Below are positions 27,270-40,996 of a stretch of DNA of 64,000 bases, piece by piece (positions within the stretch are counted from its first letter, which is position 1; every line of letters begins with the position of its first letter). The notes under the pieces are model-generated. The model searched no databases and was not told the DNA's origin. It saw only the letters and a list, made by a program, of their open reading frames with translations. Made by a program: the position numbers and the translations under genes. Source of the DNA: Cyanophora paradoxa CCMP329 (Eukaryota > Plantae > Glaucophyta); NCBI GenBank assembly GCA_004431415.1, contig QPMI01000061.1:90243-154242 (forward strand). Reading direction: 5' to 3'.

Positions 27270-28130
27270 CTAGTCCGCGGGGCGGCAGACGGTGAGCGGA
27301 AGCGAGCCGCCCGGCGCCGCCTCGAGCTCGAGCGCGCCGGCCAGGCGCGCGGCGGGGCCCAGGGCGTGCTCGCCCCTGCGGATGGCGTCGGCGGCCGCCC
27401 GCGCCACGCGCCGCGCGGCCGCGCCGCCGGCAACCGCGAGGGCCTCGAGCTCGCCCGCCGGCGAGGCGGCGAGGTGCACGTCGCAGGCCGCCTCCGCGAC
27501 GGCGCCGGCGGCTCGCGCCGCGTCCAGCAGCCGCCGGTCGAGCGAGAGGAAGACGGCGGCGGCCGAGGGCGGCGCGCCGGCAGCCGCCGTGAGCGCCGCG
27601 TGGAGGGCCCAGAGGACGAGGTTGTCGGGCTGTATCCGATCCGGCACGGGCACGCAGAGGCGGCCGGCGCCGGCCGGGGCGTGCTCCAGCGCGGCGGCGC
27701 AGACCTCCAGCGCAGGGCTCACCGCGTACAGCACGAGGGCGCTCTCCTGCACGAAGGAGTGCTCCACGAGGCGCTGCAGCCGGTCCGTGACGTCCGCAGC
27801 GCCGAGCAGCGAGTACACGAGGCGCGGGGCCCGCGCCGCCCGCAGCGCCCCAGCCGCCGCTGCGATCGCAGAGGCTGGGACGGAGTTCCGTCCCAGAGGC
27901 ACGATCTCATCCGCCGCAGCCTGCACGCCGCCGCCGTCCGCGCTCCTGATGATGCTGGGGACGCGGGCGCGGAAGCTGCCCTCGCGGAAGTCCTCCGGCG
28001 AGACGCCGCTGTCCGAGCGCTCGGCGCTGCCGGCCACCTGCAGCGAAAGCTGCAGCGAGACGGCCAGCACGAGCGCCAGCGCCGCCGCTGGCCGGGCCGG
28101 TCGCTCCCACGCCGGCCGGCCCGCGCGCAT
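27270..28130 (-). CDS. Hypothetical Ala-rich protein with N-terminal signal/anchor, apparently intronless
   Basis: Open frame from MRAGRPAWERPARPAAALALVLAVSLQLSLQVAG through non-repetitive sequence to a stop at 27270. It fits the divergent-pair pattern with NFRKB. Confidence 0.55.
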   Translation of the reverse strand: MRAGRPAWERPARPAAALALVLAVSLQLSLQVAGSAERSDSGVSPEDFREGSFRARVPSIIRSADGGGVQAAADEIVPLGRNSVPASAIAAAAGALRAARAPRLVYSLLGAADVTDRLQRLVEHSFVQESALVLYAVSPALEVCAAALEHAPAGAGRLCVPVPDRIQPDNLVLWALHAALTAAAGAPPSAAAVFLSLDRRLLDAARAAGAVAEAACDVHLAASPAGELEALAVAGGAAARRVARAAADAIRRGEHALGPAARLAGALELEAAPGGSLPLTVCRPAD

Positions 28131-28284
28131 TAGCCTGGGAGAGCCTCGGTGCACTTCTCGCTGCTCTGGGGGCTCTGCGTGGCTGCTAGCTGCAAGGTGA
28201 AATGACCAAGGGAAAGGGATCGAATCCGGCAAGGGTTCGATTGGGGACACCGGCTTTCCCGCGTCGAGCCTGGGCTTTCCCGCG

Positions 28285-31200
28285 ATGGACCCGCGCCCGG
28301 CGGACGAAGCAACGCCAGCGGCATCGCAAACAGCTCAAGGAGGTCGCCTGTCGATCGGCAGCCTGCTTTCGCCCGCGCCGAACGAGGATGCGGCCCCGTC
28401 GCAGGTGCGGGTTGCATCGAAAGCCTCTGCGCAGGATGCAGCGCCGAAGCTCGCGGCGCGCGCTGTTCGAAATCGACGCCACCCGCAGGCGGAGCCCTTT
28501 AGGCGAGTGCCCAACATCGTACAGTCGCCTTCTTTGATGGAGCGGTTCAGAGCGGTTCCCGCGTCTCCGTCGAGTTCGTCACGGGACTCGGTCGCGGAGC
28601 GCCAGCCTATGGGATCGCCTACTTCCATCCGCCCCTGGGAGAATTCATTCCAGAGTTCCAGCCCGTCGCATTCGCCGCGCCAGCACGCCTCTGCCCCGGC
28701 ACAGTTGGCCTCCAGCACGCCTCCCGCCACCTCGCCGGGCGCATCGCCACGCGGCCCCGCTCCCGCCATTCCACCGGCGGCGCACGCGCAGCAGCAGCCA
28801 GAAGCAATGGAATTGTCGCCGCGCTCCGGAGCATCTCCGGCACCGCAGCAGGAAGCGGATCGCCCGGCCCCCGTCGGCGCGGCCAGCGCCGCCGCGGCCC
28901 CCGACCCCGCGCCTCCCGCCGGCCAGCAGGCGATCCCGGGAGCGGTCTTCGTTGCGGCGCGCCCCACGGGGGCGGCCCTGTGTGGGCGGCGGGGGCGGCG
29001 GAGGGGGGTCGGGGCGGCGCTCGCCGGGGAGGCGATGGCGGAGGACGGCGGCGAGGCGGAGCGCGGGAGGAGGGCGGCGAGGCGGCGGCGGCCGCGGCCC
29101 AGGGCGACGCCGAGGCGGGCGAGGAGGAGCCCGGCCGCGACGCCGAGGGCCCGAGGAGGGGCCGACGCGGCCCGCCGGGCGCCGGCGCGAGGCGGGGCGG
29201 CGGGGCGCGGAAGAGCAAGAAGAAGAAGAAGAAGGGGGAGGAGGACGACGAGGACTTCGATGAGGCGGCCGAGGCGCGCAAGGCGGCCGCCAAGGGCCGC
29301 GCGAAGAAGGGCGGGGGGCCGGCGGGGGCGCCAAGGGGGCGGGGCCGGGGCGGTGGCCGCGGGTGCAGATGCCGCTGGCGTGCCTGCTGGTGGAGGGCCC
29401 GGAGGACGCCGGCCTGCTCGAGAGCAGCGAGGAGGAGCCGGCGGCGCTGGCCTACTGGTCGGGGCAGGGCCCGCCCGCGGGGCCCGGCGAGGCGGGCCGG
29501 CGCGGGTCCTGGTGGAGGGGGCGCTGCTCGAGCTGCCCGCGAGGCGCTCGCGCTGCCCGACCTCGCCGCCCTCCTCACCCCGGAGCTCTGGCGCGAGCTC
29601 TCCGAGGAGGAGCGCGCCCGCCTGCGGCCCCTGCTGCCCCCGGTCCCCAGCGAGCTCCGCGCCGCCCAGCGCGCCGCCGCCGCGCACCTCGCCGCCGAGG
29701 CCGACGCGGGGGCGGGGCGGAGGGCGGGGCGGGGTGGGAGGAGGAGGGGGGCGCTGCGGGAGGGGCGGGGCGGGAGAAGGACGCGCTGGCGGAGCGCTTC
29801 CTCGCCTGCGACGAGGACCTCTTCTTCGGCCACCCGCTCCGCTCCTTCTGGGCCGCCCTCCGCCGTCCGCCCCCCGCCCCCGCCCTGCCCCGCCGGCGCC
29901 GGCCCGTGACGGGGTGCGGCAGGCGGGAAGTACGCGCCGGAGGCGGTGGCGCGGCAGCAGCGGCGGCTGCAGCTGCGGCGCGCCGCCCACGTCCGCTCCC
30001 TCCGCTCCTTCCACGACAACCTCGTCCGCCCCCGCCCCCCCGCCTGCCCCGCCCGCCCGAGCCGCCCTCCGCAGGTCCGCCGCGTCGTGCAGGCCCGCCG
30101 CACGCGCTTCGCGGCGCTGCAGGGGCCGGCGGGACCGCCGCCGTACGAGGCCTCCTCCTCGCTCGCCCCGGCGGCCCCTGGGCGGCACTGCAGGCTCCGC
30201 CGAGGCGCAGGGGGAGGGGGCGGTGCCGGCGCGCTACGTCCCGTGGCGCCCCTGCGGGCCGACCTGAAGGCGGCCCTCGTCGGGCGCGCCCCGCCGCGCC
30301 GCACCTTCGACGCCGCGCCCCTCGCGCCGCCGCCGCCCCGCCCCGCCCCGCCGGAGGGGGAGGAGGAGGGGCGGGGAGGGGGCGCGGCGGAACCCGAAGC
30401 GGCGGGCGGTGGCGAGCCGCGCCCTCGACGACTTCGCCACTGGGAGCTCCTCGAGGCGCAGGCCCCCAGCCGGGCCCCCCGCCCAAGAAGGCCACCCGCC
30501 CTCCGCCCCGACGGCCCGGGGGGCGGCGCCCACCGCGGGCCCCCTCGGCGGCCCCTCGGCGGGGCGGGGGCGGGGCGGGGACGGGTCGCTGCCGGCGTGG
30601 GCGGTGCCGCTCGGGGCGCGCGAGCCGTTCATCACCGCCGTCCTCCACCGCCTGCGCGACGTGCCGGACCGAGCGCCGGCCCCTCCTCGCCGCCCTCCGC
30701 GCCGCCTCCGCCGTCGCCTCCTCCGCCCCGCAGGCCGCCGGGGCGGGGCCGGGCAGGGTGCGGGGCCGGGGGCGGGCGGGGAGGCGGAGATGGAGGCGCC
30801 GCTGCCGCCGCTGGAGCTGCCGGCGAGCCTCGCGCGGGCGGCGAGCCCGCCTCGTCGGGCCTCCCCTCGCCCCGCGGCCCGCCGGCCGCGCTTCGCCCTC
30901 CCGCCCTCGCCGACCCCACCCTCCCGCCCCGCTCCTGCGACTTCGCCGTGCGCACCCCGCCGCCCCGCCCGCCCCGCCCGCCGGCCTCCGGCGCGACGCG
31001 CGCGCAGGGCTGCTGCTGGTGCTGCTCGAGGTCGGCTCGGCGGCGGAGCTGCTGCCGGCGGCCTGCAGCGCGCGCCACCTGCTCTCCTCCCTCCTCCGCT
31101 TCCTCGCCGACCCCAGGGGCCCTTCCCGAGCCCCCGGCGCCCCCCGCCGAGCCCGACGCCCGCCCCGCGACCGCCCCTCGCCAGTCCCGCCTCCGCCCCC

Positions 31201-33732
31201 ACCCCGCCCGCCATCCCTTCGCCCCCGCTCCCCTCCAGCCTCCCCGGGCAGCTCCCCGGGGCCTCTGCGGCGGGCCCGGGGCCATCCCTGCGGGCGGCGC
31301 CCCCGCGGCGGCCGCCCGGAGGCCTCGCCAGCGCCGGGCGCCCCTCCCCCCGCCGGGCCGTCCCGCATCAGCCCGCCACGGCCGGGGCCGGAGTCCCGCT
31401 CCCGCTCCCCCGCAGCCCGGCGCAGCGCCGCTGCCGGCGCGCTGTCCCCGACGCCGGCCCCGTCGGCGCCCGCAGCTGCAGCGGCGCCCGGGCCCGCCGG
31501 GGGGCCCTCGGCGGGGCCTGCGGGGCGGACGTCGGAGGGGTCGGTGTCGGGGGCGCTGGGTCGCGGGGTGGCGGACCCGGGCCCCGTGCCGGCGGCCTTC
31601 GAGCCCTGCCTCCGCTTCGACGAGGAGAAGCAGGTCGCCACCTGGCTCTCCCCCCTCCCGGGTGAGCCGCCGGCAGGCCCGCCCCCCCGGCCCTCGCCCC
31701 CCTGACGGTGGGGCAGGGGAGGCGGGGCCGGCGGGGCCGCTGGCGGCGATGGAGGAGTACTTCCTCGCAAAGTACGCGAGCCGGCTCCCGGCGGCGCAGC
31801 TGGAGCGGGCCTTCAAGCCAGCCTCCAAGTCGGTGCTGAGCATCCGCCCGAGCTCGCCGGAGACGGTGCAGCTCTTCCGCGCCCAGGAGCGCGAGCGCTT
31901 CCTCGCCCCCGACGCCGGCTTCGTCTACCGGTGCCCCCCGCCCCGCCCCTCCTTCCCCCCGCGCCCCGCGCGAGTCGGGACCCGCAGCATCAAGGGCCTG
32001 CGCGCCTCTGTCGCCCCCATCAAGCGCAGTGCGCCCCGCCCCGCCGCCGCCGCCGCGCCGAGGGCCGCTGAGGGGCGGGGGCGGGCAGCGAGCGGGACGG
32101 GGCGGGTGCGGGAGCACATGCTGCTGCGGGCGGAGCGGCCGCCGCACGTCACCCTCCTCGGCCTCGTCCGCGACGCCGCCGCCCGCCTCCCCGACGGTCC
32201 CGCCCCGCCCGCCCCGCGCGCCCCGCGCCGGCCTCACGGGCGGGGGCGGGCAGGGTTCGGGACGCGGGCCGACGTGGCGGAGCTGCTGCGGGACTCGCAG
32301 TACCTCATCGAGGAGGCCGTGCGCCCCGCCCGCCCCGCCCCCCGCCCCGCCCCGCCCCGCCCTGCGCCTCACCGGCCGGGGGCGGCGCAGGGGGCGGCCC
32401 TCGTGCACCAGGCCGTGAGCGGCGCCCTCGACCGCCTCCACTACGAGAAGGACCCCTGCGTCAAGGCACGCCGCCCCGCCCCGCTGGCCGCCTGCTGGGC
32501 GGGGCGCTGAGGGGGGCCGGGGGCAGTACGACGGGGAGCAGAAGCTGTGGCACTACCTCCACCGCGACCGCGACCCCGCCGACTTCAGTGCGCCGCCCCG
32601 GCCCCGCCCCCCTGCCCTGCCCCGCGCGGCGTCCGCGAGCCGGCGGGGGCGGCGCAGCGATGGAGGGACAGGTGGCGACGCGCGGGCCCCGCGCCAAGCA
32701 GGAGCACGCGGCCGAGCCGGCGCCCCGCCCCGAGCCCAAGCCCCGCAAGAAGAGCGCCAAGGCCGCCGCCGCCGCAGCTGCTGCTGCTGCAGCAGCAGCG
32801 GCAACAGGCGGCGGTAGCTCGGGCGCTGCTCAGGGCCCTCCTCCCCGCAGGGCCCCCCGCCCCGGGCCTCCCGTCCCTGGCGCGCCCGTCCCGCTCGCCG
32901 GCCCCGCCGGCCTGCCCCGCCCTGGGCCGCCCCAGCCGATGGTGCGTGCGCGCGAGGGGCGCCGGGGCGGGCGCTGACGGGGGCCGGGCAGGGGCAGGGC
33001 CGGGCCGGGGCTCCCCTCGGCAGCCGCCGTGCACGCTGCCACGACCGGCGGGCGGCCCTACCCGCCCGTGCGCCCCCGCCCGCCCGCGCCCCGCCGGCCT
33101 GATGGGGCGCAGGGCCAGCCCTTCGCCCGCCGGGGCCCCGGGGATGCAGCGCCCGGGGGGCCGGAGGGCCCCCGGCGCGACTTTCGTGCCCCGCGCGTGC
33201 CCTCGGCGGTCGCCCACTGGGGCCCGGCGCCGTGCCCGCCGCGGGGCGCGGCCTGCCCGTGGCGGGGCGCGCCCCGTGGGGCCCCTCCCGGGGGCTCCCC
33301 CGCCGTACCCTTGGGCCGGCCAGCTCCCCATGCCGGGCGCCCCGCGCCGCTTGCCGGGCCCCCGCGGCCCCCGGCGTGCCCCTGCCCCGGGCGTCCCCCG
33401 CCCCGATGATGGGGGCGCGCGGGCCCATCCCTCCCCACTACGGGCCCCCGCAGGGCCCTCCTCAGGGGCCCCCGCAGGGCCCTCCGCAGGGGCCCGTCAT
33501 GCCGCCCCCGCCCCCGCCGCCAGGGGCCCCGGGGGGCCCGCCGAGCGCTCCTGTGCGTCCTGGCCCCTCCCCGCGCTCCCCTCGCCCACGGCGCCCGCCT
33601 GACTCGGCGGCGCGCGCCGCAGGTCCTCACGTCCGTGTCGCCCTTCCCGCCGGGGCCGCAGCCCCCGGTGGGGCCCGCCCCGCCCCCACAGTGAGAGGGC
33701 AGCGCCAGTGCCGATTGTCACTGATCCGCTGA
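28285..33732 (+). CDS. NFRKB: NFRKB (INO80 complex subunit; DEUBAD + winged helix); 3' end approximate
   Basis: DEUBAD-like LAALLTPELWRELSEEERARLRPLLP and LFFGHPL. Signature FRAQERERF...HVTLLGLVRDAAARLPDG...GTRADVAELLRDSQYL...VSGALDRLHYEKDPCVKYDGEQKLWHYLHRDR. Confidence 0.92.
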
Positions 33733-34506
33733 GCTGTGTATCGAAAAGAGAAGCCCCGCGGCTCGCGAGGTGTGGTCCGCGGGCCCGAGGGCCCGGCAGA
33801 CGCTGCGCGAGTCCCACGGGGCCCGGGGGCGGGGGCATCCGATGAGCCAGCCTGGCAGGCCTAGCCTAGTAGGGCTTCCGATGCCTGAAGCCTTGTCTTC
33901 CAGGCTTGATCATGACTCTCCGAACTTCGGAAGTTCCGAACTTCGGAAAGTTCAGTTTCAACGGTTTGCCAAGTTAAGGCTCTGAACTCGGAAGGCTGAA
34001 TTCATGCTCAACTTGCCAATTGCAAGCCTTGAAGCCTCGAAACCTGAAGCCTGCCAGGCTGCAGTTGGTCATGGGCTTCAAGGCATGAAGCTTAAGCCCG
34101 ACACAACTGTTCGACGCCCCCACCGCGGCGCACGTGCGAAGGTCGGGCCCCAGGGCCCCCGGCCCCCCCCTGGAGAGCCGCGGGCCGCGGGGCTTGAAGC
34201 TTTGACTGCCGCCGTGTCACGGTGTGCAGCGGAATTCTAGCTGCCAGCTGCTGGCTGGCCCAGTGGGGCCTTTTATTCGCGTGACAGCCCGGGCCGGCGG
34301 GGCGTCGGCGCAGCGCCCGGCCACGTGCGGCCCCACGCGGCTGCTGTCAGCAGCAAGGACCAGCCTCCGTGAGCAATGGCAGCGCTCTTGAAAGAAGTTG
34401 CGTTTGAAGCGCACACTCGCTTCGGACAGAAAAAGCGAATGGGGAAAAGGGGGGGAGGGGATGGGAGGGGGTGCTGGGGGAGGCGGGGCCCTGCGGGGCC
34501 TCGCGC

Positions 34507-37500
34507 CTACGAGCGGGCGGCCTGGAAGCGGCGGAAGATGTCGGCGAGGTTGACGCGGCCGTACGCCGACATGGCGACGTAGCGCGCGGCGGTCGCCCGC
34601 AGCGCGTCGTAGGCGCGCTTGTCGGCGAAGTGGAGGCGCATGTCGTCGGGCACGCCGGCCGCCGCCTCCTCGTTGCGCTTCCGCGCCGCCTCCAGGCGCT
34701 CGGCGGCCTTGGCGACGTCGAAGAGGCGTTGGAAGTAGAGCAGCTGCGTGTAGAGCTCCCCCGCCGAGTACTGCGCCCCGCCCCGCCCCGTCAGGCCGGA
34801 AGCGGGCGAGGCCGGCGTGCGGGGCGGAGCGGGCCTCCTCGACGAGGTGGTGCCGCTCGGGGTCGCTCGGGCAGGCGGGGAGGCCCCGCCGCAGCTGGCA
34901 GCTGCGGGCCCGCGCCGAGCACTCCGCCTCCGCGCACTTCATCCACCCCTCGTAGTATCGCTCGATGTGCCGCCCGATCGACCGCACGAGCTGCACGGGG
35001 CGCCCCGGTCGGACGGGCGGCGCCGAGGGCGGGGCGGGGCGGGCGGACCGCGTTCTCGATGGCGGGCTGGCCGAGGGCCTTCCCGCAGTGCCCGCAGCAC
35101 AGGTGGCCCAGCGCGCTGAAGGGGTACCCGTGCTCGAGCTTCTTCGCGTCCCCGTCCGCCACCGAGATGCTGTACCCCGCCGGCAGCCGGTAGATGCCTG
35201 CGGGGGCGTGAGGGGCGGCAGCAGGGGAGGCGGGGGGGCGGGGTGGTGACCGGGGACGGGGGCGGAGGCGGCGCAGGCGGTGCACTTGACGCGGAGGGGC
35301 TCGCAGGCCTTGAACTTCTCGTCCTCGTCGCAGCCGGCGGGGGCCGCCGCCTCCGCCGCCGCGTACTTGAACTTGCTCCCGTCCATCCCCAGGCACTCCG
35401 CGATCATCCCCGCCCCCGTCCCCTCGATCGGCTCGCACAGCCGCGCCACCGGCGGGTGGATCTGCGACTGCATGTACCACCCGTAGTCCGGCTGCGCGAG
35501 CGGCCCCGGCGGTCAGCGCGGGGCGGGCGGGGAGAGGGGGGCGGGGGAGGGGCGGGGCGGGCCTTGAGGCCGCCTTGGGAGCGGAGGACGGTGTCGAGGG
35601 CGTAGGCGCGCTCCGAGAGGCTCGCGTTCGTCGTCCCCGTCGCGCACACCACGTACTGTCCGCCCCCTCGGCCCCGCGCCCCGGGGGCGAGGGGAGGGCG
35701 GGGGCGCGCGGGGGCCGACCTGGATGATCTCGCCGGCGCGGAGGGCCTTGCCCTGCGCCATCAGCTGCTTGGCGACGGCCACGTGCGGCAGCTTGTTCGA
35801 GTCCGGGTACTCCTCCGGCGCCCGCGTCAGCGACTTGCTGATCGCGAAGAGCCGCACGTCGTACCTGCCCGCCCCCGCTCGCTCGAGCGGCGGGGCGGGG
35901 CGGGCGGGGGCGGGGGCGGGGCGCACGTCTCGGCGTCCATCTTCTCCTTGACCTCGCGGAGGTAGGCGTGGATGTCGGCGACGATGTCCTCGCACGTGCG
36001 CCGGCGCGCCTCCTCGCCGCCGGCCCCCGCCTCGCCCTCCGCCTTGACCGCCACGTTGTCCCGCTGCGGGGGCGGCGGGGGCGTGAGGGGCGGCCTCTCC
36101 TCTCGGGGCGCCCGGGGGGCGCGGCGCAGGGCCGGACCTGGAGGATGAAGCCGAGGACGCGGCGGCCGATCGCGACGGAGAGCGGGCACCAGTCGCGCCG
36201 CACCAGGTCCAGCCCCTTCTCCTCCTGCTCGTACACCAGCGCCCCCGAGCGCGACTCCGCCACCTGCCCGCCCTGCTCGGCGCCGGGGCGGCGGGGCCGG
36301 GGCCGGGGGGGGGGCGGGGGGCACCTTGAGGGCGGCGTACTTCTTCTTGCGGAGGAGGAGCATGCGGGCGAACATGCCGTCCAGCTCGATCTCCAGGTGC
36401 CGGTACAGCTTGTTCACCTCCTTCTTGAGGCGCTGGCCCATCTCCTTGGCCTTGGCGACCTCGGTGAGGTGCGTGTGGATCATCACCGAGTCGGTGTCGC
36501 CGTAGATGACCTCCAGGCCGCACGCGCCCTGCGCCACGTCGACGGCGCGCTGCAGCGTCTCGCGCCCCTGGGCCGTGATGAGCTCCGCGATCGGCTTGGC
36601 GTAGAAGCGCGAGTGCCGGAAGCCCAGGCAGCCGTACATCGAGTTCGCCGTCAGCTTCAGCGCCTTCTGCCGGATGTCTGCCCGACCCGCACGTCACGCG
36701 CCACCGCCGCCCAGCCCCGTCGCGCCCCGTCCAGGCTCGCGCGCACCGAGCTGCTGGAGCTTGTGGGGGTCGGACTCGCCCTTGATGAGGGCCTTCACCT
36801 GCCGCCGCCGGTCCACCAGCACGCGAATCACGCGCGGGAGCACCCCGGGCGGCGCCTCGGCGCCCGGCAGGTCCGGCAGCGTCGAGACGCTCGCCGCCCC
36901 CGCCTCGCCGCCCTCCCCGCCCTCCTCCTTGACCGCGCTGCAGAGCTGCCGCCGGACCGTCGTGAAGCAGATGTTGTACTCCTGGATGATGGAGGGGTAG
37001 AGCGAGTTGAAGTCGAGCAGCAGGACGAGCTTGTCGTAGAGCCCTGCCGGCGCCCCGGGGGCCCCGCTCGGCCCCGCCCCCGCGGGGCGCGTGGCGAGGG
37101 CCCCGGCGCACCCCGCTTGGGCTCCAGCACGAGGCCGCCCGCGTACGCCGGCTTGCGCTTCGCCTTGCCCGACGCCGCCGCCGCCGCCGCCGCCCCGGCC
37201 TCCGGCTCGTCATCTGCGGCACGGCGCGGCGTCGGCCGGGGCGGCGAGGGCGGCGGGGGAGGGCGCACCGTCCTCGTCGGGGCCGGCCTGCTCCTCCTCG
37301 TCCTCCCGAGGCTCCTGCTTCGCCTTGCCTTTGGCCTTGCCCTTGCCCGCCGCCGCCGCCGCCTTCCCCTTCATCTCGAAGGCCGAGTACTGCCGCCCCG
37401 TCAGCGCCGTGCGGCGGGCGTGCCGGGCGTGCGGGGCGGCGCGCCTTGTCAGGGACGATGTACTTGAGGGCGTGGAACTCGTGGAGGAGCAGGTACTCGT

Positions 37501-40500
37501 TGCGCTCGGCGCGGGCCCCGTTGAGGGAGCGCGCCCACAGGTTCCCCGCCAGGTTCGTCAGCTGCTTCGTGAGCGGCACAACCTGCTGGAGCAGGTGAGC
37601 GGGAGGGGCGGGGCAGGGGGCGGGGGCGGGGCGGGGGCGCGCCATGAGCTGGAACATGAGCTGCATGGCGAGGTAGGCCGAGTGCTCCGTGTGCCGCAGC
37701 AGCTTCACCAGGTCTGCCCCGAGGCTCGCCCCGGCGCGGCGCCGCGGGACGGGGCGGGGCGGGGCGGGCGGGCGGACTCTCGGAGGTGTCGAGGTGGGCG
37801 GCGACGTCGCCGGCGTCGAGCTCCTCGAGGGTGATCCCCTTGTCGATCTGGCTCCGCGCCAGCGTCCCCAGGTCGTACGTCTTCTCCCGCAGCAGCTCGC
37901 GCGCCGAGTTGTACGTGTCGCAGATCAGCCGCCCCGCCGTCGCCACGCGGATCGCCCGGAAGCTGTCCTGCCCGCCGTACCGGCCCTCCGCGTTCATGCG
38001 GGGCACGCTGCTGCGCTTGAGGCGGCCGAGCTTGGACCACATGGGGACCTTGTTGGCCGCCAGGCGGTGCAGCAGCACGTCCAGGTCCACCTCCTGCACC
38101 CGGTGGCCCTGCCCGCCCCCGCGTCGGGCCCCGCGGCGGGGGGCGCGGCGGGGCCCGGGGGCGGGCGGACGACAAGGATGTCGGCGTCGGCCTGGTGCAT
38201 CTTGACGAGGAGCAGCGAGAGGAGCGCCCGCTCGCTCGCCTCGACGGCGACCGGCATCTTGCGGTCCCCGAAGGCCTGCCGCGCGTCCATCGCGAAGGGG
38301 CAGAAGTCGACCTTGCGGACGACCGCGAAGGACCAGGTCTTCTTCTCCGAGGCCGGCGGCGTCGGCCCGTCCGCCCGCACTGCGCCCGGCCAGCTCCCGT
38401 CAGCCGCCGGGGGCGGGCGGGGGGGCGGGGCGGGGCGGGGCGGGGCGGGCCGTCGGGGTGGACGATGCCGTGGACCATGACGACCTCGGCGACGCGCGTC
38501 TTCGGGTTCATCACCGTCTTGATGGAGAGGGAGAGGGCGGTCAGCGCCGGCGTCTCCAGGTCGCCGTCGCTCACGACGCTGATGCTCTTCACGTCGTCCA
38601 CGCGCGCCTCCAGCTTGCACCAGCTCGTCGGGGACGTCGCCGCCTTGACGTTCTCGATGCGGATCCAGCCGGGGCCCATGAGCTTGCGCTTGAGGAGGAG
38701 GTTCTCGAGGGCGGAGGTGCGGGTGCCGAAGACGCGGGAGAAGGTCTTGCCGGAGAAGCCCTCGGGGAGCGGGGCGAACTTCTGCGAGCAGCGGACCTTG
38801 ACGTAGTACACGGGCCGCCGCGGCACGCCCTCCTCTTCGAAGGCGTAGTTGCGGAGGGCCGGCTTGAGGCCGGCCTCCTTGATGCCGGCCCGGTAGAGCA
38901 AGTCCGACACCTCCCGCGCCACCGTCCCCACCTTCTCCAGCGCGTCCTCGTCCCCCTCTGCACCCGCCGCTCGCCTCGGGGGCACGCGGGGGCGGGGGAG
39001 GGGGGGCGGGGGGCGTGGCGGGGGGCGGACCGTCGGCGAGGTACTCCTCGCGGGGCAGGAAGAAGAGGTTGCGGACGGTGCCCTCGACGATCACGCAGCA
39101 CGAGACGAACTTGTCGCCGCCCTTGGGCTTCACCTTCCCGAACAGGTACACACGCCCCTGGTTCACCTCCTTGTCCTCGATCGCGTCGATCCAGTACATC
39201 TGCCCCCCGCGTCGGCCGCGTCGGCGGCGGCGGGGGCGGCGCGCGGGCGGGGGCGGGCGGGCGGGGGGACCTTCATCGAGCCGTCCTCCTCGATGGGGAG
39301 GTCGGTCGGCCCCGCCGCCGCGCTCTCCCGCGCCGCTGCCCCGCCGTCAGCGCTGGGGCGGGGCCGGGGAAGGAGGCGGGGCGCACCCTCGGGCTCGGCC
39401 GGCGCGGCCTCGGGGCCGCCCTCGCCGAGCATGCGGTAGCCCGCCGTGGCGATGCTCGCCATCACGAGGGAGGCGGCGCCGCGCTTGGCGGCCCCCGCGG
39501 CGGCCCCGGTCTTCGCGGCGGCGATGAGGTCGCCGGGGGAGGTCGGGGAAGTCGGCAGGTCGGCCGAGGGCGAGGCGGGCCCCTCGGGCGAGGTGAAGCC
39601 CTTCGGGGGGAAGCTCGGCTGCGACGGCGGCGGCGAGGTCGGGCCCGCATCCCCGCGCGAGCTCGCCGACCCGGAGCGCGCCGTCGTCCCGTCCACCTTC
39701 GGCGCCCCCGCCGATGGCGGGCTCAGCGGCTCGTTCCCCCACGGCTCCGGCGCGTCCGGCATCGCCGTGTCCTCGAACTCGTCCGCCGCCGCCGCCACCC
39801 GCACGGGCGCCTTGCCCTTCGCCGCCGCAGCCGCCGACACCGGCGGCGTTGCCGGCCGCTCCTCAAACTTCTTGGGCAGCTGCGCTGCGCGTCGGCGCCG
39901 GCGGCGGGCACGGGGCGCGGGCGGGCGGGGAAGGTCGCACGGGGGCCTTCACGGCGGATGCGGGCGGCGCGGCCTTCGGAGCGCCGAAGAAGGGCTTCTT
40001 GGAGGCGGGCGCAGGGGCGTCGAGTGGGCCGTCCAGCTCGGCAAGCATAGACTCCAGCATCTTGTCCGCGTCCGCCCCACCCGCCGGCGCCATCTCTTTC
40101 CGCTTCGCACCGAAGCCCATCACCTGCGCCTGCTGAAGCGTCAGAGCCCCTGTGAGCACGCTGCCGCAGGGCAGCGTCGGCGCACCTGCGCGGAGGCGGC
40201 CGGCTTGAACACGGCCGGAGCGGGGCGGGGCTTGTTGGCGCCACCTGCACGCCGGCGTGAGGTGCGACCGGCGGTGCGGCGCATGCAGCGAGCGCTGCCT
40301 GCGCACCCATGAAGAAGCTCTGGATCTTCTTCTCGGCGCCACCGGTGTCCGGCTTCTTGTCCTTCTTCTCCTTCTTGGCGTCCGGTTTGCCTTTCTCTGC
40401 GCAGGTGCCAGCAGGCGTTGAGCGCGTGCTCATCTCTGAGACGATTGGACGATTGCAATGCCGATCGCTGCGCACGCGGGGCGGGCTCGTCCTCCGGCTC

Positions 40501-40901
40501 CTCGTCATCGTGCTCCGCGGTCTCCCAGTCCACCTCCTCGCCATCGTCGCAGTAGCCGTGCTCTGTATCAATGCTCACATCGCACACACGCTTGCGGCCC
40601 GGCCCCAGCGCCCGGCTGGTCGGCCGCACCGTCGTCGACGACGAACTCCTTGCCGCGCTGGCGCTTCAGCTCCTCGTACCGCTTCTCGTCCACCACATCG
40701 AAGATTGCCTCCTCTTCCTTGCACTACACAGCGTACGCCGCCAGGGGCGCTCAGCTGGGCGCGGGCGATTCGAATTTGAAGGCGCACCTCGAAGGTCTGT
40801 GTGCGCTTCGCTAGACCGGAGCGCACTGCCTGCAGCTGCTCGAATGTCGAGTTGTTCTTGTTGCGGCGAGAGGCGGCCGCCGCCCTCCCGTTCTCGCGCA
40901 T
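34507..40901 (-). CDS. POLA1: DNA polymerase alpha catalytic subunit, multi-exon
   Basis: Pol-alpha N motif FVVDD...[13 protein letters not shown]...[80 protein letters not shown], and C-terminal Zn fingers. Confidence 0.98.
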
Positions 40902-40996
40902 CGCGTGTGTGGCGGGAGCTAGAACTCCTTCCCCCCCACAGGGGTACGTCTCCATCCAGTTAACCGTGCCGCCGCCGGCCCCGGAGGCACGTCGCA

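Noticed and set aside
27270-28130. Nucleotide-diphospho-sugar transferase call for the signal-anchored ORF
   Set aside because: The type II topology is suggestive, but I see no DxD motif or convincing family signature, so it is left as hypothetical.
34507-40901. Family B polymerase as a viral or Polinton polymerase
   Set aside because: It has Pol-alpha-specific N-terminal and zinc-finger motifs and many host-type introns, so it is cellular POLA1.
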